IMG/VR virus record: IMGVR_UViG_3300022752_002570
Location: 17,862 to 81,861 of that record
Strand: one strand, 5' to 3'
Source: a virus
DNA: 64,000 bases
Under the pieces are notes generated by a model, which was not told the origin of the DNA, did no database searches, and was given only the letters and a program-made list of their open reading frames with translations. The position numbers were made by a program, and so were the translations under genes. Positions 1 through 13,300 of this stretch are shown in pieces. Within the stretch, counting starts at the first letter, position 1, and every line of letters begins with the position of its first letter.

Positions 1-1340
1 ACCCAAGCAGGGACAGATGTGCTGACTTTTGATAATACATATGATCTATATCCTACAACATGTGTGGTAGCACTAAACCCTACTGCTAGCGAATTAGTTA
101 CAGTCGTGGAGGTGGTCCTTAAGCCTAGGCTTGTTCCACCTCCACCGCTGACAATTGTTGTCCAAGTTGAATCATAATTAGTATTACTTGCTTTGACTAG
201 AGCCTGTCCGGTCGTGCCACCTTCTCTTATACCCGGACCTGTTGGCCCAGACGGTCCTTGAGGTCCAATAGCGCCTGTAGGGCCAATAGCGCCTGTAGGC
301 CCTGTAATCCCTCCAGGCCCAGTTGGCCCAGTCGGCCCAGTTGGTCCAGTGGGGCCGCTTGGTCCTCCGCTTGGTCCAGTAGGTCCTTCTGGTCCTGTAG
401 GTCCAGTTACACCAGGATCTCCTTGAAAGCCTCTAGGTCCTTGTGGTCCTTGTGGTCCCTTAGGTCCCTGCGGTCCGCTTGGTCCTCCGCTTGGTCCCGT
501 TGGGCCTACAGGTCCCTGCGGTCCCTGCGGTCCCTCTGGATCTCCTTTATCACCCGTTGGCTGAAAAATAAATGCTAAGTCTTGATTTAAACTTGGAAGA
601 GCCCCACTAAGATACGTTACAGGAACCTCTAAATGATTACTCTGATTAGTGACTGTTCCTATTACTTTAAAAATGTTTGTCGTAACTGTACTAGTACTTT
701 GAGTATTGTTTATATATAATATACCCTTGCTAGAATCTGATGTACTATCGTCCCAACTTAATACCCAATTTGTCTGATTATGCCCTAGAGCGTCAATTTT
801 TGAAATTACTAAAATTGTTGCAGAGGTAATATTACCAGAATTATATCTTACATTACCATTACCCGGATTTGATAAAGTAGTTAACACACTAAAATTATAG
901 TAAACACCAGACCTCGGTCCACTTGGGCCTGTGATTCCTGTAGGACCGGTCGGGCCTTGTGGTCCAGAAGGTCCTTGCGGGCCTCCTGGTGGTCCTGTTA
1001 TACCTGCTGGTCCGGTTGGTCCTGTTACGCCTACACCAGTTGGTCCTGTTATACCTGCTGGTCCGGTTGGGCCAGTTGGTCCACTAGGTCCTCCACTTGG
1101 ACCTGTTGGTCCTAATGCGCCAGTTGGTCCTGTGACTCCTGCTGGTCCACTGGGACCGGTTGGTCCGCTTACACCTGTAGGACCCACCGTCCCTACATAG
1201 CCTAATCCTGCAACAGCACTAAGAATTTGGTTCTTAATCGTATTGTATGTTACTCTCCGTGTCAACTGATTATCCACAACTATAAAAGTTGTAGATGTAG
1301 TTGCTGTAGATAAAATATTCAGTTGTGCAACGTTAGGCAT
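1..1340 (-). CDS. Collagen-like (Gly-X-Y) fibre protein, C-terminus beyond left edge of window
   Basis: ATG at 1340-1338, 3 nt after the stop of the 4652-aa gene. Translates [18 protein letters not shown]..., with two long [10 protein letters not shown] collagen blocks (~235-560 and ~915-1195) separated by a globular domain. Missing from the ORF track because it has no stop in the window. Confidence 0.85.
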   Translation of the reverse strand, partial: MPNVAQLNILSTATTSTTFIVVDNQLTRRVTYNTIKNQILSAVAGLGYVGTVGPTGVSGPTGPSGPAGVTGPTGALGPTGPSGGPSGPTGPTGPAGITGPTGVGVTGPTGPAGITGPPGGPQGPSGPQGPTGPTGITGPSGPRSGVYYNFSVLTTLSNPGNGNVRYNSGNITSATILVISKIDALGHNQTNWVLSWDDSTSDSSKGILYINNTQSTSTVTTNIFKVIGTVTNQSNHLEVPVTYLSGALPSLNQDLAFIFQPTGDKGDPEGPQGPQGPVGPTGPSGGPSGPQGPKGPQGPQGPRGFQGDPGVTGPTGPEGPTGPSGGPSGPTGPTGPTGPTGPGGITGPTGAIGPTGAIGPQGPSGPTGPGIREGGTTGQALVKASNTNYDSTWTTIVSGGGGTSLGLRTTSTTVTNSLAVGFSATTHVVGYRSYVLSKVSTSVPAW

Positions 1341-1343
1341 ACC

Positions 1344-4300
1344 TTATAATCCTTGTAATAAATCACCATCATCTTCTGTCAATGGGGCGTTAGTTTCATC
1401 TGTAAGTTCTAAATTGCCTCCATAGTAGTAAGAACTTGGTAACTGTGCAGGACCTTTACGTAAGAATTTGGCCTGTGTGCTTGTGCTTACTAGTATAGAA
1501 GCAGTTGAAATATCCCATACTCTGCCTTTACGTTGAATAACAGTAATTTGAGTTCCTGGAACAATTTCTTCGCTAATATTTAACAATAATGTCTGGCTTG
1601 TGTCAACTTCAATGGTATATTCAGGCGGTAAAACATCGTAACTACTAGTTGTTTCATTATTGTAATATACGCTAGAGGTTGTATCATATGCTCGTTCATT
1701 ATAGTGTAACTTAAGTTCTGTTTTTCTTAATTTTCTACCACCATAATATACATCTACTTGATCTACATATGCAGGTACATACCCATGGGTACTTGTGGTT
1801 AATAGACTAATACCACTTCCTGCATGTGTTGTAGTGTTTATACTAAATGAACTAGTATTGGTAACTGTGCTGATATTATACAACGTTAAGTATGTAGTTG
1901 GAATATTTTGAATGTTTACTGTCTCTTCTGTATAAACATTCTGCTTAACACTTTGATCAAATACCAACGTGCCTTCTGCAGAATACCACGGAGTTCCAGT
2001 TCCAAAGGTTCCTCTCCTTAGTTGTGTTAGTTCATTACCGTTCTTAACAAAGTATTCAATTCTTTCACCGTCTATAAAGACTACACCCGGAATATTTTTG
2101 CTAGGATTGGGACTAAACAGCATACTTCCATCTTCAACATGAATACTGTCATCATAATAGTTTAATGGATGTGCAAGTTTTGTACTAAAGAAATTTGAAA
2201 CTCTCCTGAATGACTGTCTATCAAAAATATCCTTGAATAACCTATAGGCAATAACAGTGTTATCATAATTTGCTGGATTAACTGAAACAATCACTACCTT
2301 TGAACCAGTAGTCATCGGAACATCATTACCTATGACAATTGTTTGTAGATCTGGCTTTACATAAAAATCGTAGCCTGCAATCAATGCCTTATCATTTGCT
2401 GTAACCCAAATATAATTTTCATTTATAACAGGCATATCTAATGTATACTCATTATTGTGCGTACGATCAAATCTTTCTGTTCTTAGTCCCATTCCGTCAT
2501 GATCTGTGAAACTTGTTACCTTAATAGCACCACTAGTAACAGCATTTTTCAAATATAAAATTCTATTAATGATAACATAATCATAATCTGTTAGATCCAT
2601 AATTGCAATGACATCATTAAAAGCAACTACATTTTGTATTATTGTAATAGTCTCTGTGGCAGCATTTACAACAAAATCGAATCCAGGACGAATCTCGTAT
2701 CCATTAACATACACCTTGACATTTTGGTTGTTATATGCAGCACCAGACTTGTTATTATTAATATCAAAGGTTAATTGATTACCTGTAATTTTATAATAAC
2801 TGGTATCAGGAGGTAACAATCTTGTTCTAGGTGAATAAGGATTTCCTGTAAGTTTTTCAACTATGACCTGTGTACTGATAGGTTCTAAGTTGAAAGGAAC
2901 AGGATCTAATGGTATGCTTACAGTTGATGTAGAAATATTGTAATAAGTTTCTTTAATTCTATTAAAGGTATCAATACGATTTCTAAAGAACCAAGCAGTA
3001 ACTTCGTTCCTTCCGGCAGCAATTTCGTTTACAGTAATCTTAGCTCGTTTGTTTACATTGCCGACTGGTTCTAAAACATAGCCAAGTCCAGTTCCTACAG
3101 AATAAGGACCTATTTGCTGATTTCCATTTAATTGTACAAAAACACTTCCCACCCCGTTAAAGGGCATATCACTTATCAATGTAGCGGTTTGTGTAGAAGT
3201 TGAATTCACATAGACATATTGGCTATCTAATCCAGTATCTGAACTTGCCGTTACATATGAATATCCAATTCTACCGCCAACTGTCTGTGCTCCAATGGTA
3301 ATTCTATTACCTTCTAGAAAATAAACCTGATTGTCTAAATCAAAAGGTAATGGATAGTTGTCTACTCTGGAAAGTGGTTTACCGTTAAAAGTTACAATTA
3401 GTCCTGCCGGTATTTCATCAGTCACCAATTGAAGAGTAGCAGTTGTTTCCTGACCTGCGATGTTATAGATTACTCCATTAAACATTATAGGACTAATTCT
3501 TTCTGGCCTTGTATACACAGTGATAGACAAACTATCTTTAGTGTCGCCGGGAACAAATTCTTCAGGTGCATAACTTCTAAATGGATTGATTAAACCGTCT
3601 GGATTAAAAGACGCATTAATTTGAGTGCTCTCAGCAGATACTTTAATATTTGCTTCAACTGATTCTAAAGTGTTATTGCCATCTACAATAGTTTGCACCC
3701 AGTAATCTAAACCTACCTGATCTGCGTGTCTATACAAGTATCTTAGATAATATCTGTCAATAGCGTCGGCATAGTTTGATGCAGTAGAACCAGGAACATT
3801 TGTGGTTAGTTTATAACCATAATATTGTCCAACTGGCTTAATCCAGCCCCCTCCTTGAACAATATTATCTGTAGCAGTTGTGCCCAATGCAGATGTTTTT
3901 ATACCATTGGTATACTGTCCACCGTCTAAGTTTACAGTCAATTGGTCTGGACTTAAATTATATTTCCAAAAATCTATATCTGTGTTTCCAAGAATAGTTA
4001 CCGTTGCTGTTGTACGAACACTAGGATTCAGACCTGAAATATTAACTATTGCTCGTTGAACTGTTCCTGAACTAGATGCAATATACCAAGATGGAGATCC
4101 TGAACTAAACGAAACTGTGGCTGTGGCTATCTGTGAATAAAGAGCATATGTGAAAATTTGTAAAGTCGACGTACCTGTTGAACTCTGTACTACCTTGTCA
4201 AGCACAGATGTTATGCTTGAAATAGTTGATAAAATGCTGAGAACACGGGCTGTTGCAGGTGTGCTTAACTGTGTAGTTGTTGAACTCAGTACCTGTGTTG

Positions 4301-7300
4301 CTGTAGTATAGAACTTATTATTTGTTGTAGTTGAAACAACATATTGTCCATTATACCCTCCTGTTATAATTCCATTTATTAACACAACATCGCCTACTTT
4401 AATATCACCTCTAAATTGTTTCTTAGTTGTAAATTCAATTAAAGATCCTATTGAGGTATCAGTAGATAACACGGTTTTTAAATCGTATACAGGACTACTA
4501 ATTGTAATTACGTTAGTAGAAGAATCAATTTCAGTAACAATAGTCTCAGGTCTAATCTTAATTGTACTGGTATTTCCGATAATAATACTTTGACCAGTTG
4601 TTATACCTGTAGTGGTATTAACAGTAATTGTAGTTGCAGTTGTATCAATGTCCTGCAATAATTTAACAGTTACCAATTCACTTACAATATCATCCCAAGG
4701 TGCAGAGTCATATGTAGTAGTTCCCCAAGGAGCAGTTTGATCAAACATCATACCTTCATAAGTTGTTAATGGATAATCTAAACCTGATACTAGATCTGTT
4801 AGATTATCTGCTAACATTCCCGGAGTAGGACTATAATATTGTTCAATCCTGTCTACTGCATTGAACAATTTAATATTTTTCTTGTAAATAACTTTAAATG
4901 TTTGACCTGCTAATGGCACAGATTTAAGAAGTGTTAATCTTGTAAATTCCTTAGTATATAGACCTTCATAATCTTCTTTATAGTATTCTAGTTTATAATC
5001 TGTTGCAAATACAAGTTTACCATCTATAGTTGGCGTAATTGTAGATTTATCGGGATTTGCCAACCATGTTAATACAAAACTATTTTGTTCACCTGTGCAA
5101 TCAAACTTATCTGTAACATAGGTATCGGTGATTTCTACTCCCTTGCTTATACGATCAAATCGTAAACCTATCTTATTCTTACGAATTGTATCGTTGTCCA
5201 TAACGACAGATAGAGCAGCGGGAATTACTCCTGCGCCGCCACCCGTTAATTGTGCCACAGGTGCGAATACATATCCAGATCCAGGATTAGTTACAATAAC
5301 CTTGTAAACTTTTCCTGCCCTTATAAATGCTTCTGCGGTTGCCCCTGTACCATAATCACCGTTTACAGTTATTAATTCAACAACAGGTCTTTGAGTATAA
5401 TTTTGTCCACCATCCGCTACAAGTATTTCCTTAACATAGTAAGTATAATTGTCTGTCCAATATTTCCAAGGATAAACATTTGTTAATGTGTTTGTCAATG
5501 TAAACACTGTGGCAGAAGTAGTACTTAATATAGTAATAGGTTTGTATTCGTTCAGTGTTTGATCATACACAGTAGGCAAGTCAAAATCAGTTATGTTTCC
5601 GTCATAAAATTCTATTGTGTTGTACTTAGAATTATAATTTCTAATTTTGGTATGATAAGGCTTAATTTCTTTTATATAATCTTCAAAATATTGTTCATTA
5701 TCTAACTTGTAAACTGGTCGCTGGTCTAATACTCCAAGATCAGTAACTACATTTACAAAAGAAGTTTTGAATGCCCAATCTAACAATTTTTGTTCTGTGA
5801 GAGCGTATCTCACAGCCACAAAAAATAACAAATTCCAATTAACTTTAAGATCGCCAACAAAAAGATCATTTTTTAAGGCTGTTAAAATGTTACGTAATTC
5901 AATAGTATTTGATTGATCATATAAATTGTCTGCAAGTCCTGCTTCATCATAATTGTCAGCGGCCTCTGCATCGTTCCATACTTTATCTAATATTTTAATA
6001 GTACCATCTTGTACATAAACTGAATTGAAATACTTTGTGAAGTTTCCGTTGTCGCTTACCTTTTCAACAATTACGTATTTTCCGTTACCATTGTTATTAA
6101 TTTTTATATAAGTTCCGTCAGTGGTATCGTTATATAAGGCAATGTCACTAGGAATACCTACAACATAGGAAAATATCTTATATTGATTGTAGTTACTAGC
6201 AGACCAATCTATATAATCCCAATAATCTTCTGTTCTAAATTTTTGTGTAGAAACCTTAAACCAGGTTTCGGATGCATTGTTATATTCGTGAACAGTCCAC
6301 CTGCCTCCGTCATCTGGGTTGCTGGTTAAAATTGCAGTAAATGGTCTCACTTCTAATAACGGAGCCGTAGCATATTCAGTTCCTGCGTTTGTGATATCCA
6401 CACGAATTATCTTACCAGACTCGTCTAAAACAGAAACTAGTTCTGCACTTGTATTAGTATCTTTAATGGTTACTACTGGTGCAAATATATATCCCTTACC
6501 GCTATCAATAACATTTACATTATCTATCTTTCCATTATTGACTGTACATGAAATAACTGCCTGTCTAATATTGGATGTATCTATACTGTCTAACTCTAGA
6601 ATAGAATCTATGAGAATGTCATATCTCCCTTCAGACTCTGAAGGAATTTCATCTTTAAGAAGAAGTGTATCTAGTTCATACTTGCCTACTATCTGTTCTT
6701 TGCTTAATACATCATTTGAGAATACAACTATATTTCTAAGGGCTTCTACTCTGTCCTTAAATAATGTCTGCTGCGGTCTGATTCCTAAACCGTATCTATT
6801 TCTAAAAGATAAAATAGGATCAGGAACAGGATTACCAGAAGTATCTTCTCCTAGTAAACTATCAAATAATTTCTTTTCTAATAAGGCATTAGGTACGCTA
6901 TTTTGATTGCCTTCATTTAACAATAACCACTCTGTGTGCCTTGGAATAGGATTGTCATAGGTAAAGGACATGTTGGCACTTATTCTATTATCAACCAATA
7001 AAGGCTGTACATTTGTAAATGCCACAGAACTAGAACTTAATACTTGAACAAATTTAACACCATTGGCCTGCGGATCTGCGATTAGATTAGCGACTTGATA
7101 AGAACTTAATCTTCTATTCTTAACATCTGGTAATAAAAGTTTATTCTTTACCCAGAAATAATAAACATTTTCAAAACTACCTGTAACAGCATTGAATATC
7201 TGCTTAACGCTTACTACATCGTTAGCAGGATACTTTGGTTGACCACTTATACCGTTTGAGGTACCCTGATTAGTATCTGCCTGTGCAGCCCAGGCACTTG

Positions 7301-10300
7301 GTAAGAGATCTGAACGCACCCATTCGTAGATATCTATAGTAGCACCAGGAAATAATTTGCCCCAATTATTCTTCCTAAAGATATCATCGCCTTGTTCATA
7401 CCAAATGTACTTTAAGGTGCTGAGATCCCACCATAGTTCACCAACATGATCATCTAGCCAATTATTTTTATCATCAACAATATTACCTGGTCTACCTATA
7501 GAGTAGATGGCAGGATCTGAAGGTGACTTATACTTGATTTCTTGCTCCGCCAATCCAGAAATTTTGCCCTTTAAAGGATCTATAAGTTCAAGATATTCAG
7601 ATACTTCCTCTTTGTAAGAATCAATAAGTGCTATTCTTTCAATACTCGAAATGTCTACTAAATCAGGCTGTTGATGCTTAACTGTCAATATTTCAGGCAT
7701 ATCAAAAACAAATGCCATGCTATTATCTGTTCCTGTAGACAATTTATTAAATGGTGCACCAACATAAGAATATTTGTTTGTTGAAACTACATCAAATCCA
7801 TATTTGCTACCTTCTTGTATGGCAGTATCAACTATTTCATTTCCAGGAACAAAATAAGTTCCTAGTCTTTGATAAGCATAAACTGTTCCAGAATCTGGAA
7901 TTAGATCCTTGAACTTGGTAGTTCCGCCATCGAATGTAGTGATACCAGATTTTGAATTTTCATCAAATTTAATTTCAATTGATCTATTTGTGCCTAAACC
8001 GCTAATTAATAATTTTGTTTCTGCTTTGTTTAATGATAGGCTATGCCCAAATCTTAAATCACTTCCGGCTATAGGGTTGTCTATGGTCTGTAGCAACGAG
8101 TAACGTCTATTCGTTCCTAATTGATAGACCTTAACACTTCCATAACTTGTATCAAGATTTCTATAATCCGGAGCACTAACTACAAGATATTTTCCTGTAT
8201 AAGAAATAATTTGATCTTTACCAAAATTACCACTTGTACCGTAAGGACTAAAAATAGTTTGGTTGTGATATATTCCGTTATTGATAAATCTAAATATCTG
8301 TACCAAACCTGATGAATTTTCGTCTTTGTAACCGGGAGCACTGACTGATATATAAGTTCCTGTACTATTACCGCTTACCTTGTAACCCCATTGATCTCCA
8401 ACCTTTAGTGCTACGCTAGATGTTGATAAAACATTTAGGCCTGACGCAAAAGCACCAATTTGTAATCCATTATTTTTTCTAATTCTGTAGGCAAATACAT
8501 TGCCTGTTGTACCTGTACTAATATTTGTGCTTGTTGAAGAAATCACACTTGCAGTAGACCCTGTACTCATAGCAAAGGTAACTGATGTTGGATATACATA
8601 AAGTTGGTTACCAACACCCTCTGTGCCCGGAGCACTTACAATCAATAAGGTCGATGCACTAGTCGTTGCTTCATTAATATATATTGAATGGCCAAATCTT
8701 ACTTTGTTAGATGAGGTTGAGTATTGTCCTAAAGGATTTGTTAGTACAGCTTCAACTACTTCTGCATCATTATAAGGCCCTATGCTACTGATCTTTACCA
8801 ATCCTTCATCATCAAAAATTCTTGTAGCACTAGTAAAAGTTCCGGCGGTAGAATATACAGTGCTAGTAGTAACACCTACTGTCATATTCCATGTGACTTC
8901 TTCCGGGCTAGCAATAAAGGCATTAGACCCTACCGCCTCTCCAGAGGATGAGGTAACTGTAGCAGAATTGCTAACAAGTATGTCTATAGAAAAAGTTACA
9001 TTAGTAGGTCTAAATTCTAAACTAGATAGTCCTTTGACATTACTTGCTCTAGGTGCTCCTATAATTAGATAATTTTTACCAACATCATAGGCCATTGCAT
9101 AACCAAATTCTGTAGGCTTAGCAGGATTGCAGTATTGAATATCGTAGGTGTTTAATGTATACTCAAACAGTTTAGTGATACTTTGATCTATCCTGTCATA
9201 GACCTTGACCCTTCCATAACTCTGAGTAGCGGTTGTATTAAAATTAGGAACCGCTACTAGGAATTTGTCAGTGTTGTCTGCTGCCCATATTGTGTATCCT
9301 AACTCCTGTGCAGAAGGACTGTCAACAGACCTTATGTACTCAACAGGAAATTGATTGCTTTTTTCATAGACTTGCCATCTATTGTCTATCCCGCTATCAA
9401 CCCATATAAGTTCACCTTCATCGAGATCGAATAACTGTTTTTTATTTCGTAGATCACTAAGTCTTGTAAATCTAGCAGATTCAAAAACAAATAAATTTCC
9501 ATAGGCAAGCTGCTCTTGATTTTGAATACTGGTTAAACTTGACTGAACTGTAAACTGACTTAATTGAGGGACAGATTCAACAATATAAACTCCATTTACC
9601 TGTTCATTGAAATTTACAATAGAAACAATATCACCCACTGATAGATTGTGATGTAAATTAGTACTAAATGTAATATTAGCACCAGGAGCACTTACATATA
9701 CACCTGTTACTTTGGCTTTATTTTTAGAATATCTATAAACAGACCAATCTCCATTTTCTAAAAATCCTGTCCATATAGTCGATCTATTTTGTATCTGATT
9801 GTTCTTTGCTATATCTAGCAGACTATTTTTATTATATGCTGTAGCAGTAACATCATCTAATCTTACATAACCTGCTGTTGAAAGAATTATTCCTGTTTCA
9901 TTATAGGTTCCGCCGGGACTATTTGGAGAATCTAAAAATGTCCCTCCAGGTACAATTGTAGACTCTGGAGTGATCACTGGAAATACATTACTTGATGAAT
10001 AGTCTTGTGGAGTCAATAGTAAATCATTAGGTGTTACATAGTTTTCCAATGGACCGACATCTGTAGGAACCTGATCAGCAAACTTAACAAGATATGGATT
10101 TTCTAAAGTAGTACCTTCTGGGAGAGTAAATTCTATTTCATCATAGTTACTGAATCCACCGTAATATCCTGTTCTAAATGCCCATTCTTCTGTAAATGTA
10201 ACTTCGCCCTTATTAAGATATCTACTGGCCTTTGATAATTTGTCAATGGCATTTTTTGTGCCTTTGTCTTTAATGAATCCTTGATAGAATTTATATTGAC

Positions 10301-13300
10301 TGATAGGGTTTGTGAAAATATTATTGAAGTATGTTCTTGGGGTATAACCGATAAGATGCTGTGCCAATTTTTGTTGTCCAGCGTCAAAGTTATCAATATC
10401 TAAACTGTAAAAGTCTTCAAACTGATTTATTTTATAATCAAAGTTAGGCAATAGATCAGGTACAGGTTTTTCGTTAAGTAAAGACCATTTCTTGAAATCA
10501 AAATTAGTGCTAGGCTCAATTCTTTTGTTTGCCTGATAATACGAACCATTATATCTTACAATGTCCCCTATGGTATAATTCTTTAGCGAACTCCAATCAG
10601 TTATAATTAGATTATCATAAACGAATCCAGGACTGTAAAAATCTCCGTTCCAGTTTTTAGTTCTAAATCCTGAAAGTTTGACCCTTCGTTGTTTATATCC
10701 TGTTTCAATATCATATATAGTATCATTAAAAACAGTAGTATTATTAAAAACTATAGCATGTTCTTTTTGTATAAGAACTAACTTAACAAAAAATATTCCT
10801 TCTTCGGTATTTTTTGTTTGTATTCTACAGGCACTGTCTTCTCTTATTAAACTAAAATTTTCAATAGGGAATGACTTGCCGTCGGCTTTTAATAAGTTGT
10901 ATGCGAACCGTCCTGTCTTAACATCATCAACTATGCTGTTATCGTAAAAATACTTGAACGCATTTGCAAAGGGACTCAGTGTAATGATATTTCCGTCAGC
11001 CCAGTTTTGTGTACACCAAAATAAAAATTCTTTAGCACTGTATTTCCAGTCTATATTTTGTTCTAAGTCTGTAGAATAATCATCAAAAATAAAACCTTCT
11101 TGCTCTAAAAATTTTCCGTAGCCGGTAATAATATCATAAACCTCTTGTATTGTAGGAATTTCAGAACCATAAAAGTATCTAGTTGTTGTAGGGCTAAACT
11201 TTCTAGAAGTTTGAACAGTGACACCGCCTTTTAATGGCAAAGTAGTCAATGAATACCATAAAGATGAATCAAAAGTACTTCCCGGATTATGACCAACTTT
11301 AGATCTATAAAATCTATTATTGTATCTAACTATTTGACCTTCTCTATAAAATCTAGTTGTAGGCGATGCATTTGCTGTAGATGTTTCAGATGCGGTTAAT
11401 TTTAAATTTTTATTTTGAGTAATACCAGACCATTCTGTAAAATCTTCACTTATTCCACCAACTGTTAGCGCAGGAGAAGTCGCTTCTTTAAAAGGTAACA
11501 GTACATCAAAATAAGGCTTTTCTAAATCATAACCCTTTAAAACAAATTTGCCATTTTGTTTCTGAATTATCATACCTGATGCAGAAGCAATTTTTACAGG
11601 ATTACTTACATTGAGAAATACATTGTAATCTTCATAAGGTACAACTAGTCCCGGACTTGTTGAAACTGGATCAACTGAATCAATATTAATCTGTAGTTTT
11701 TCTTTACTGGTAAATCCACCCAGTTTGTAAAATAGGTTGTAATCTAGATTATCTAAATCTTGTCGCAAACTTTGTAGATAATTTTGATTTTTTAATTTTC
11801 CTGCTTCTATAACCATTATACTATAACCAGAACTTTGATTATTATTTTCTCCGTCTAAAATAATTTTACGTGGATCTAAATATAAATCATCTTCTGTGTA
11901 AGTTACTTGATTTTTTATGTTTAAAGCAATCCTACTCGTATCAAATAATGCACTTAGATAATCTGCAGGATTTAATAATAGACTTATAATATTGACAGCG
12001 TATGGCCAGTAACTACTATTCTTCCATGCTGTTTCAGAAGGTGCGCCGTCTCCGTAGATCCATCCTAATATTTTAACATTGTCTGCATTGTTTGAAACTA
12101 CTGCTAGAGGTCCTACTAAATTTCCAGAACTATCAACAGGATTAATTGAAGCAAAATTAGGTCTTGCGTATCTTATATTGTATTCATCAGATTCGGTTGG
12201 ATCAGAAACTTTGCCTTGAACTATAGCGTCAATTAAATCTGCTCTTTTAACATTATCTACCCACTCATAATGAGTATCCCACCAGTTAGGTTTTATTGCA
12301 AATCCCAACATCTCCCAAGGATGACTATGTGGTCTATCAGTATCAAAGAAATAATTGTAAATTCCTCTCCAATAGGACGGAACTTCCTCAGCAAATATCT
12401 TGTCAACAGACTGAGTATAATTATAGGTAAATTCATTACCGTAATCAAATGCTGTATTAGTTTTTATATCTACATTGTTGATACCAGCCCAAAAACTAAA
12501 ATCTACATTAACAATATCTTGTGAAGGTCTAAATAAACTTCTATTCCTAAATGCTCCAGGAATACCTGCTCTAACATCATAAATGTTAGGTTGGTACTGA
12601 ACTTTAATATTATTGTAGATTCTTTTCTCAAATTCTAAAATAATATCGTCTCTGTAGTCACCATAGGCAACTAACAAACTTCCATCGTGTCCTCTTATTA
12701 AATCTACATTTTGATCTATGTAAGTGTCGTCTGTAAATATTTCTGGCTCGTACTTAGGATACAGTCCTAATTTTGTAGGAGTCGGCGGAACAAAACACCC
12801 TAAGGTGTTTGAATATACAAGTATTTCAATTTCATCATTTACAGATAAAGACAAATTAAAAGAAACTTCATCGATATTAATAAAATAATCTGTATCATAA
12901 ATTAATTGATCACCATTTAAGTAAACTAATACTGATTTAAAAGATAACGCTGATAAACTAAAATCTATACCAATTGGATAATCCGTAACAGCAGGATTAG
13001 TTACAGTATAATTTTTAACAGTCTTATTATCTCCATAACCTAGCATATCTGATCTATAATATGCAGAATTAAAATCTTTAGTTAAATTAATTTCTTTTAA
13101 AATTTGATCAACAGCCTCAGCATGTGTTATGTCAGCACTAACAAAAAGTAGTTTTCTTAAAAAGTTGTCTTTAAATTGTAGATAACTATTTCCCACTTTT
13201 CTTAATGCATCAACTACATTATGTTCTGATTTTCCTAAGAAAATAGATGCAAACGACAATGGGTTACTGTTAACAATAATACGTGTACCATATTTTGTAT

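Noticed and set aside
258-1200. Plus-strand ORFs 258-578 and 931-1200, the latter collagen-looking
   Set aside because: Antisense shadows of the minus-strand collagen gene; Gly/Pro codons are mutually complementary, and the minus frame has the proper start and operon context.
8780-8789. CTATGCTACT matches 30871-30880, overlapping the first N10 segment of the candidate RNA
   Set aside because: A single 10-nt match in 64 kb of AT-rich DNA on two strands is plausible by chance, and I saw no adjacent match to the second segment.
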